From a virus (Duplodnaviria; Caudoviricetes), in the IMG/VR virus record IMGVR_UViG_3300004369_000014, positions 1 through 63,116 of that record: DNA of 63,116 nt; one strand, written 5' to 3'. Under the pieces are notes generated by a model. The model had not been told where the DNA came from. It ran no database searches and saw only the letters and a program-made list of their open reading frames with translations. The first letter of the stretch is position 1, and each line of letters starts with the position of its first letter. The position numbers and the translations under genes are program-made. Shown piece after piece: positions 51,811 through 60,800 of the stretch.

Positions 51811-52383
51811 TTATGTCAATAACCGCAGAAGAGTGCTCATCTCAGATGAGACCTCAGACTGCGAGAAAACGTCACTTCCAGACTTGTACGACGCGAGTTT
51901 TTTATTTACCTCTGCGGCGTCTTCCTCGCCGATCTTCTCCTCGACCCTGGTCATCATGTCTTCGATGAGGTCCCGTAGAACTGGCGGTAGATCACTAAAC
52001 TTGACCTTCTCAGTATCGGCACCAAAAGGGAGAGGTAGGTTCGCTAGTGCCGTGCCAAGCAGTCTAGCTGATTCTCTAACATTTTCAATTGATTTTGGGT
52101 TCAATCCACCTGCGTCTAGCCGATCCAGCACGGCTTTTAGCTGATTTGCAGCGGTAACAGCCGCGCTGTAGTTTCCAGCGTTTTCTAGATTCTCGATCTC
52201 TTCTACTCGCTGCACGGCGTTTTGCAGGCCAGAGACTCCAAGGTTCTCCTTCAATCGAGCAAGAACTACTCGAAACTTACCCTTGGCATCGCGAGGTTGA
52301 TCTACGCCTGACGTGTAGATCGTGTTTTCGCGGTCATACTTCGGCGCTGCTACAACTGCTTTTGGATTCTTGGAATTAGTCAC
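51811..52383 (-). CDS. Hypothetical head-module protein
   Basis: QPRDAKGKF motif, helical; lies between protease and capsid genes. Confidence 0.7.
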   Translation of the reverse strand: MTNSKNPKAVVAAPKYDRENTIYTSGVDQPRDAKGKFRVVLARLKENLGVSGLQNAVQRVEEIENLENAGNYSAAVTAANQLKAVLDRLDAGGLNPKSIENVRESARLLGTALANLPLPFGADTEKVKFSDLPPVLRDLIEDMMTRVEEKIGEEDAAEVNKKLASYKSGSDVFSQSEVSSEMSTLLRLLT

Positions 52384-55300
52384 GCTTTTTCACTATCCCA
52401 TCGGGTATAAGAGCGAATCTACAGTAGCCCATCGGTTCTACCTCTGCGGCAATGATTTTGCAGGAAGACCCTCCATCGTAGAGCATGCAGTTGGCGCAGG
52501 TTACTCCGTATTCTGCGTTTTCATTTTCTGCGGCAGACTCATACCCTGCCCAGATGCCGGTATCGTCTTCATTGAACTTGCCGTACTTGTTCGCGATCTC
52601 GATGAGTGCGTTAGCCAGATCTCGCTCCTCGGCAACAATAACTCCAGCTGTAGCGATCAACGCGTCAGCTAGAGCTTTTGGGCTATCGCCACCCTCCACG
52701 GCTGTCTGCGCGGACGCGACTCTGGCCTTGATGTCGTCGACAATCTCGTCGTCGATGAGACCAGCAGACTTCCACTTGTCCGGGATGAGATCCGCGCGGC
52801 GAAGACCACGCGCGCGCTTCATGATGTGACGACGAACAAGCGCGCGCTTGCTTGGCTTCGAGCGACCGTACGCTTGAATCGCGTCCTTTAGCTCCTCGAT
52901 GTTGCGGATTGGGTACGAGCCGTCAGGCAGAGCCTTTCCTTCGGCAGCAAGCTTCTTTCTTGTTCTCATCGAGATATAACCAAGTGAATCGTATGGCTCA
53001 GTCGAACGAACTCTGCTTGAGAGCTCGTCAGCCTTGGCTTGAAGTTCGGCTTGCTTTTCTTCCCTCAACGCGGCAAACTTAGCGCGCGCCTCCTCCGCCT
53101 GAGCGGAAAGCACCGTAGGATCTTGGCGAACACCTGTCTTGATCTCTAGCTCTTCAAGTCGACTACTGAAATCGCGCAACGGGTCAGTCTTCATCTTCGC
53201 AAGAGTCATCGCGCCAGCAGCTACAAGTGCGTATACCTGACCACTAGCGACTCTTGCACGAGCGATTGGGAAGCCTGGAACGTTGACCTGGCAGACAGCA
53301 ACAAGCTCGAGTTGACCCTTGATCGGGCGCCAATCGCCTGACGGCGCAGACGCGCGTAGCGCGCGGATCTGCTCTGGAGAGGCTGACGGCCGAAGAGCGC
53401 CAGCTACCCAGATCCCGAACGCGTCTTCTCCGGCGTGCACGTCGGCGATTGCTGAACCGGTGTCGTCGTAGTGCTTTGCGGCATCGGCAGCGCTTGCCTC
53501 GAGTGACGCGTGACCACCGGCAAGCGTAAGCTGCCCGACGGGGTAGTCCTTGCCGTCATCGGCGCGAAGAACTCCAGTGTGGAAGTACGCATACTTGCTG
53601 CGGCTACGAGGAGGGCGAGTGCCGTACGACATTCCAATGTGATCTTGGTTCCAGGCTGCAATGTGGCCAAACACTCGACCGAAGTCGTCAACGGTGAGTG
53701 GAGTCGCCTGCTTTAGCTTCGGGTCAGCGAACCACTCGGCGGGCGGAACAGTTGGAATTGAGCTCGCAATCATTCCACAAGCAACGAGCGACTGTGCGTC
53801 AGCGTCGTCAACATTATCGATGTACACACCGTCAGGAACGTTTTCCATGACATCCTCCTGCTGATCGAAGACTTCGTTTTCTCCGTCTTCGTTTATGTAG
53901 ATCTTGCATTCTTCAAATGCAGGCTTCGGCACAATGGTAACAGCCATCACTCTGGCCTTGTCTACCTTGATCTTTCCTCCGCCTATCTTGTCTTTCTTAC
54001 TAGCCTCGTCTTCGTCGTCGGCCTCTTCGCTTGCTTCGAACTTATCGAGGTCAGCGGATACGCCGCGAATGAAACCTTCTCTGATCATTCTCTCGGCTTC
54101 TTTTCCGTACGAACCGGTGTCGAATACACCGTACGCGTTTCCGATGCCGTTTTCTGTGCGCTCCATATGGTCAATTCGGCCGACGACTACAGAGCCGTCG
54201 TGACCATCTGACGTCTTGAGCTGCCACAGCAGCGGAAGCGGCAGCTCGCGAATACTAATCGAGTCTTTCTTGAAGACACGACCGTCACCTGTTTCAGTTT
54301 CTTCAGGAATGACGAGCGGTATCGAGAATCTTGAGCCATTTCTAATTTCTCCACCTGACACCATAGCCTCCGACTCCGTCTGATCGTGTAGTGCTGCGCG
54401 GATACGCGCGAACGCAAGAACGTGGCTTTCTTCTCCTACAGCAAGGTTGTCGTATGAGCTTCCGCGAATTCCACGACGGCCTTGCTTCTTTTTCTTCCCG
54501 ACGTTGTACTTGCTACCGGGCCAGACACCGGTCGCTTCTTTGTGACGCAATGCGCAATACCCCTTGGCGCGTGGGCCCATGTACTTACGAAGATGGCGAT
54601 AGCAGCGAGTCCAGTCGCCTGGCGTGTTCCAGCGAATCTTAAGAGCCCCACGGCCGAACAACCAATACCGACGTAGTTTCTCTGCCTTGCCTCTATTTCT
54701 ATCCAGGCCACCTGCTGCGGAGAGAGGGTTGATGTCGGCGAGGTATAGCTCTAGAAGCTTAGCATCGAGATCGAAGACTTGGTAGCCAGACGAGGTCATG
54801 GCGCCATCTACCTGCTCAAGAACGTCGGTGTATGACCCATCGTCAAGCGCCACCACAGGCGGCGGTGTTGCAGACTTCAGATCTGAAAGAATCTGCGTGT
54901 CCTTAACCCACTTGCCGTCTTCACGCTTGAACGTCATCGGCGACGTTGTGTTTGAAGTGGCAGGAACAATGCTTACAAGATCCATAACCGCCGATGGATC
55001 ATCGGGAGAGACAATCGCCAAGTGCATTGGCTCGACGTCACTTGTCTCAGGTGTAAGTTCTTCACCAACTCCATCTGTGCCGGGCTCCTCGGCAGGCTCA
55101 GCCGCAGAGGTGATCGGGCTGTACCAGAGGTTGTTTTCTTTCTTCTTGAAGAAGTCTTGAAGCAGTGGATGTTGACGCCCGTCTTCGGTGTAGAGAGTCT
55201 TACCGCTCTTCTCTTCAAGATCTTTCAGATAGTCAGATTTTTGCGTAGGAGGCGCGTTGTCTCCGGGCATCTTTGCCTCGACGCTGTCACGGTAAGGTTG

Positions 55301-56800
55301 AATACGCATCCTGTCGTCGTCGGCCGGCATCAAGTTCTGTTGACGCTCGCTCATGACCCAGGCTGGGAAGTCGCTAATGACCTGCTGTAGATCGCCGGAC
55401 GTCAGAGCCGGCAAGCCATTCGGCACGTAAGCGTTCGGCCTGTCAATCGGCGCACGGGGCTGCGCAAGAATACCTGATGTATCGAGCGGCGTGTCGAATC
55501 TGTTAGACGGCACTTCGGCGATAGCAGTAGGTGAAAACGTATCTGCGCCTTCGGTTCTTCTTGCATCAACGTTCTCTACAGACCCGTCGTCGTACTTCAC
55601 ACTGACCGTGCCGCTGTCTGGGTTAATGCTCGTAATGTTCCCGGTCTTCGACGCGTTTCCGTCGACTACTACTCGTGAGCCCATCTTCGAGAACTTGCCA
55701 CTCTTGTCTCTGACCTGACGTCTTGCCTTCTGTGACCGCTCTTCTGGAGTGTACTCGCCGTCTTCTGGGTCTACACCACCTTCGCCTGCAGCAATTAACG
55801 TAGAGTCGACGACTACCCAGTCGATTTCGTCTGCCGCATCAGCGACAAGATTTGCTTCTTCTTCGTCAAGATCACCGACAGAAACCGAGCTAAATGGTTT
55901 TTCCTGGAGGTGAGCAGACAGAACAAGAGCCGAGTTAGCATCAATTAAGATGTGATGCTTCTCTACCTTGTCGTACGGATCGTCGAGTGAGCGATCGTAT
56001 GTGGCAATGTCGCTGTCGACATGGCCAAGGTCGTCCCACGAACCATCGTCCCAGACAAACACGAGACCCTCTGGGTCTATCATGTACAGTCTGTCTATAC
56101 CGCTCCCATCGAGACGAACACGTGCCGCAAATTCCGGCGCGAACCCAGTTTCACTACGTGCCCTAGCGATCTCGAAGGCTTCCGTCCGTGAACTAAACAG
56201 ATTTGAGTTTGAAAAAGTATCGCCGTACTCATGAGAAGCGGAAGCCTTAACACCTTTTTTATTCTCGCGTTCGACGATTTGTTTTGCCCATCGCCACGCC
56301 GGGTCTCCGCCCCACAGCGCCCATGCAATTCTCCCGTTCGAGGGAAAACCGTCTTGGCCCGGCTTGTAGCCCTTGGCTCTCTTATCTACCTCATGGCGAG
56401 GAAAATACTTAGCGATGTGACGAACTTTATTGATGCCGATCTGCCCGCCTTTTGCAAGAGTTCTTGCCGTGTTTAGGCCGACTGGAGTTCCTCCGCGCTT
56501 ATGCTCTTTTCTCCATTCAAGCGCGCGTTTCGCCTCTTCTTGCGCCGCCTTTGGGATAGTGTACATGCGTCCCGCCGAAGCTGTGACGGTTTCTATAGAC
56601 AGATCTGTAAGAGAGCTTGCTGCCAGCTCAAGATGAATGCGATCGCCATCACCAGTCGGGCGCGCCCACGGTAGATACGACGACAGGTCAGAAAGAAGAC
56701 CAACGTCGTCGATCATATTTGTCGACTTGTTGACCGTTACAGCGCGTATACCGTCGGTGTACAAGGCATAGTTTTCGGCTTCACCGTGTAGAGAAATCAT
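52376..56800 (-). CDS. Multidomain capsid maturation protease
   Basis: TGDGRVF..LPLPLLWQ..GHDGSVVVGRID..GVSADLD..VPKPAFEE protease-like core, then GRVFGHIA..YFHTG..HYDDTG..GIWVAG..SGDWR..VNVPGF domain; many extra domains. Confidence 0.75.
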   Translation of the reverse strand: MISLHGEAENYALYTDGIRAVTVNKSTNMIDDVGLLSDLSSYLPWARPTGDGDRIHLELAASSLTDLSIETVTASAGRMYTIPKAAQEEAKRALEWRKEHKRGGTPVGLNTARTLAKGGQIGINKVRHIAKYFPRHEVDKRAKGYKPGQDGFPSNGRIAWALWGGDPAWRWAKQIVERENKKGVKASASHEYGDTFSNSNLFSSRTEAFEIARARSETGFAPEFAARVRLDGSGIDRLYMIDPEGLVFVWDDGSWDDLGHVDSDIATYDRSLDDPYDKVEKHHILIDANSALVLSAHLQEKPFSSVSVGDLDEEEANLVADAADEIDWVVVDSTLIAAGEGGVDPEDGEYTPEERSQKARRQVRDKSGKFSKMGSRVVVDGNASKTGNITSINPDSGTVSVKYDDGSVENVDARRTEGADTFSPTAIAEVPSNRFDTPLDTSGILAQPRAPIDRPNAYVPNGLPALTSGDLQQVISDFPAWVMSERQQNLMPADDDRMRIQPYRDSVEAKMPGDNAPPTQKSDYLKDLEEKSGKTLYTEDGRQHPLLQDFFKKKENNLWYSPITSAAEPAEEPGTDGVGEELTPETSDVEPMHLAIVSPDDPSAVMDLVSIVPATSNTTSPMTFKREDGKWVKDTQILSDLKSATPPPVVALDDGSYTDVLEQVDGAMTSSGYQVFDLDAKLLELYLADINPLSAAGGLDRNRGKAEKLRRYWLFGRGALKIRWNTPGDWTRCYRHLRKYMGPRAKGYCALRHKEATGVWPGSKYNVGKKKKQGRRGIRGSSYDNLAVGEESHVLAFARIRAALHDQTESEAMVSGGEIRNGSRFSIPLVIPEETETGDGRVFKKDSISIRELPLPLLWQLKTSDGHDGSVVVGRIDHMERTENGIGNAYGVFDTGSYGKEAERMIREGFIRGVSADLDKFEASEEADDEDEASKKDKIGGGKIKVDKARVMAVTIVPKPAFEECKIYINEDGENEVFDQQEDVMENVPDGVYIDNVDDADAQSLVACGMIASSIPTVPPAEWFADPKLKQATPLTVDDFGRVFGHIAAWNQDHIGMSYGTRPPRSRSKYAYFHTGVLRADDGKDYPVGQLTLAGGHASLEASAADAAKHYDDTGSAIADVHAGEDAFGIWVAGALRPSASPEQIRALRASAPSGDWRPIKGQLELVAVCQVNVPGFPIARARVASGQVYALVAAGAMTLAKMKTDPLRDFSSRLEELEIKTGVRQDPTVLSAQAEEARAKFAALREEKQAELQAKADELSSRVRSTEPYDSLGYISMRTRKKLAAEGKALPDGSYPIRNIEELKDAIQAYGRSKPSKRALVRRHIMKRARGLRRADLIPDKWKSAGLIDDEIVDDIKARVASAQTAVEGGDSPKALADALIATAGVIVAEERDLANALIEIANKYGKFNEDDTGIWAGYESAAENENAEYGVTCANCMLYDGGSSCKIIAAEVEPMGYCRFALIPDGIVKKRD

Positions 56801-57504
56801 TATTTACCTCTACCAGATTGTACATCATCTGTAATAGGTCCACCAACAGCCCAGGCGTCACACGTTCTGCTCGCGGCGCACTTGAAGTCGAAGGCCTCGC
56901 AGTACCCGAGTTCGGCAGCGACTATCGAGTCCCACGGATCTTCAGCCAACGACTGAGAATCTAGACCGTCAGCGATGCAGTTCTTCATCTCTGTAGTGAC
57001 GATGAAAAACACACAGTTTCCGCACGTGCTTCTTCTGGCCTCATCGGCGCTGACGCTCCACGTGTCGGCGCGCTCCTGCCAGTACTCGTCGTTCGGTTCC
57101 TTCGGGTTGAGCGGCCCGTAGTTTGCCACGTCGATCGCGCGCTTGCGATTCTTAAGGTTCAGTGCGATGTCGCTCGTTGGCGGCGGGCATTCCTGTGATT
57201 CAGCGGCTGCCGTCACGGTGGCAGGTCGCTTTCTCTCGAGATCGTCGTATTCGCGGATGTAGTCAACGTCGACGAACTCGATCGAGTACTTAGGATCGTC
57301 GAAGTCGAGCACGAGAGTGCCGCTGACGCGCCACCACGAACCATTGTCGCGAACGTACATCGAGTTCGTCTCGGACGAGCTATATACTAAATACTCGACG
57401 TTGCCCGTCTCGAGGTTAGTGACCGAGTATAGGTCGTCCTCGTTCTCTAGTTTCTGCGGCCATACGCTTCTTACAGCCGTCTCATCTACCTCAACGTTAG
57501 CCAT
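56800..57504 (-). CDS. Hypothetical protein with Cys-rich C-terminal domain
   Basis: CP..T.D...NLKNR..YGPLNP..CGNC..GYC..FKCAASRTCDAW. Confidence 0.72.
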   Translation of the reverse strand: MANVEVDETAVRSVWPQKLENEDDLYSVTNLETGNVEYLVYSSSETNSMYVRDNGSWWRVSGTLVLDFDDPKYSIEFVDVDYIREYDDLERKRPATVTAAAESQECPPPTSDIALNLKNRKRAIDVANYGPLNPKEPNDEYWQERADTWSVSADEARRSTCGNCVFFIVTTEMKNCIADGLDSQSLAEDPWDSIVAAELGYCEAFDFKCAASRTCDAWAVGGPITDDVQSGRGK

Positions 57505-57510
57505 GCGAAG

Positions 57511-57852
57511 CTATCCTCGCTTTGCTTCCTGTAGAGCGGCCCATGCAGAACCATCACTCTCTTGTATAGCTCTTATTTTATATTGAACTTCGCGACTGGA
57601 GAATCTCGCGGAGCCTTCTTTGTCGTCGAAGACGAGCGAGCCACCTTCGTCTATCTCGTACTCGATCGCGTTGTAGAACCCTTGGGCGACTACCTTTTCT
57701 CCGTCTTGGTTGATGTTCAAAAGCCGCGTGATGACCCTGCGCAGTCCACGAGCCTCTCCTGAGAGGCATTCGAGAATCGCCGGCTCGCCGAGAAGATTTC
57801 TACCAATCAGTCCTTTTTCGCTATCTTCGGGCGCAAGAACCAGTTTTCTCAT
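57511..57852 (-). CDS. Hypothetical protein
   Basis: ATGA overlap with upstream giant ORF; GGAGG RBS. Confidence 0.65.
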   Translation of the reverse strand: MRKLVLAPEDSEKGLIGRNLLGEPAILECLSGEARGLRRVITRLLNINQDGEKVVAQGFYNAIEYEIDEGGSLVFDDKEGSARFSSREVQYKIRAIQESDGSAWAALQEAKRG

Positions 57853-60800
57853 ATCGTGCCTCCTTCCTTTCCGTACGAGCCGAGGTTTGGTTTCCACTCG
57901 TTAGGATCTTTGATCTCTCTTGGAAGAACAAAAAACTCGTTTACTGGTCTGCCGTTGATCTCAGTTACGCCTCGGCCGTGCGCTTCCTTAAGAAGAGCGT
58001 CTCTAAGGACTTTAGATACAAAGACCTTACTCGCTCCAGATAGCGGCAGGTGATCTCTGATCGTCAGTTCGTACGAGCTCGGAACCAACCTGTCAAGATA
58101 GCTCGTTCCTTCAGGCTTCGCGCCGTAAAGATCACTGTAGTTCGACCACACGTCGAGTCTTCGAAGAACCTCGATCGTGTCGTCGCCTTCCCACACAAAC
58201 TCTACGTCTGTCCCACGTTTGATGTCTCCTTCAAATGTGGTCTTAGAGAACCAATTTTTCTCTGGTTTTAAGTACACGTAGTTTGCTCCGCCTGTAGCCA
58301 TGTCTTCGATAAACGACTGCCCTCTGAACTGTGATCCGTTGCTGAATCGCTTTACCGTTGAGAGCAGCGCGAATTTTTCGTCGGTTAGCTTGTCTAAGAA
58401 GCCTGCGGCCCACGGCTCTACGTCCGCGTCAAACGCTGACTCCGGTCTGCTGTAATACGAGTGTGAGAGCTCTTGTACTCCGGTCTCTCTTGCAATCGCT
58501 CTGGCGGCTTCTACGGGCATCTTTATCTCGGCCATACCGTACGGAGTTGTCTCGATGGTGACTTCACCAGCGATCGAGACCCCCAGTCGATCCTCAACCT
58601 CGGCGGCCGCGTATTCAGCGGTACCTGGCTGAGTTTCTACGGTTCTTTCGGTCCTACCACCGAACGTTATAGCAAGTTCCTTTTCTGTCATTGACCGCAG
58701 GTCTGACTCTGTCGACGGCCTATTAGCTCTGACGCCGACCGCCTCAAACGCGTCGGCGATCGCGAGATCGTCCGGGTAGTCTGAGAACGTCACGGTCACG
58801 GATCTATCGAGCGACGTTGCTGACGTCGGCGCAAGAGAGGGATCGAGGCGCGAGTACCCTAGATACGTGTCAGTTGGCTCAAGAACCGTGACGATGAACC
58901 GGCCGTCTGGGTCGGTGTACGTCGAGATGTCTCCTGTGTCTTCAGACACCCTGTAGTCCGAGTCTAGTTCGACAATTCTTCCTTTTTCGTCTACAGATGA
59001 CTTTCTAAACGATATCTTCTGACCGTTCTTTCTCGTCCACGGTAGCTCCTGCGTTTTTGAGTTTTTGTTTATCAAGCTCTTTAGCTTTGAGTACGCCTCA
59101 GTCGAAAGAATAAACTTCATCCGGAGCCTTTCGTCTCCGTCCGAAGATCCAGAGGTCTTGATCACGCCGAACGAAACCTGCATTCTTTCGATGTCCGGTC
59201 CATCAACCATCGACTGCATCTCGACTGCCGGCGTGTTGCGCACAAGATCGATCGCCTCACGTACCGGTAGCGTTGCTGACAAACCGGCGCCCTGAAGTGG
59301 CGCTGCCCATGGGGACTCGGGGGACTCGGCCCCCGAAGGGGCCTCAGCTTTTGGGCGGTCTGCCTCTTCTCCAGACCACTCTTCTTCTCGAGCCTTCTCC
59401 TCGATGTTCTCGCGAAGAGCCTCCGTGGTTCCGGCCTTAGGCTCGCCCGCCGCGTCGCCTCCTCCGTCTGAGTCAGGACCGTCAGGCGGCTTGACCCCAA
59501 CGGGACCTTCTCCGTCGTCACCACCGTTGCCAGATCGTTCTTCGAACAAGGCAAGCTGCTCTTCGTACTTCGGAGGCTTTCTCTCTCCGTCCTGCTTCTT
59601 CGACATATCAATCCACGGAGAGTTGTCGTCGTCGTCAGTGATCACAGTAAGAGTACTTGTGCCCTTTGAGTCGATGTAGGTACGTGGGCCCCATTTCTTC
59701 TTCTGCTTTTCTGGCAAAGTATCTGGATCGCGGTGATCGACATCTTTCAAGATATAGACGTTGTTCCATCCGCCGCTCTTGTTGTACCGTACGACCGTAC
59801 CGGCGTACCCCCACTTGTCTCTGACTCTCATGCCGGGGGTGATGAAGACTCCATTCTTGTCTAAGCCCTTGCCGCTCTTCTCCGGTGGTAGGTCCTTACC
59901 AACAAGAATTCCTGACTCCGCCGACCTATCGATGACTCTTCTTGCATCTCTAACCATGTCAGCAAAGTTATCGTTCATCGCGCGATCGCTCTTCGACAGG
60001 CCCTTAGCTTCTCTAAACGCTGTCTCGATCTCGATTAGCTGGTCAGCAGCCTCGTCAGCAGTGATGTCTCCGTTCTTGAATCTTTCGATGATATCGACGG
60101 CCTTCTGAAGTTCCTTAGCCGCCTTCTTCTCGGCAGGGTCTCCGAATTCTAACGAGTCGTCAATCTGCTCTACGATAAGGTTAAGTTCGTCGTCAACTCT
60201 TTCTTCGTACGACTTGGCCGGCGACTTAGACGGGACGTTTTCTGTTTGAACAGAAACGTCTTGACTACGCTCAGGAGCGTCGACTGTGACAAGAGCGCTT
60301 GCCTCTCCCGGAGCGTACGCGTCTGGCGTCTCCGCGGTGCCTGACGGGCCAGGCGGAGGCGGAGGGATGTCACTTGGCAGATCTACCGAAGGCTCGTCTG
60401 CTGCCTCCGGCGCACCTAACATGTCGTCGTCGCTAGTGTAGTCATACACCCAGTCAAGAGCGCCTGGATCCAATCTTTTCTTAGCGCGAGTAACTGCAAC
60501 GTAGTCAAGCTTGAGCTCTTCCGGCGCCGGCATTGTGGCCTCGCCGGTCTCTTTGTCGATTCTTGGCCCCCAGAAGTCTCCGCCGATACGAACGCTGTCC
60601 CACTCGAGACCCTTGGATCTGTGAGCAGTGGTCACCACGACGTCGATCTTCCTCGAGTCTGCAGCAGACGGGCCGCCCATCGCCTCTCGGAGGCCATTAA
60701 GTGCCGCCAAGCGAGACTCATCAGTCTTGTACGACTTATACCACGTCTTCGTCTCTGGCCGCCACTTGAAGCCTACAGCCTTCGCCGCTTCCCTGTTCGG

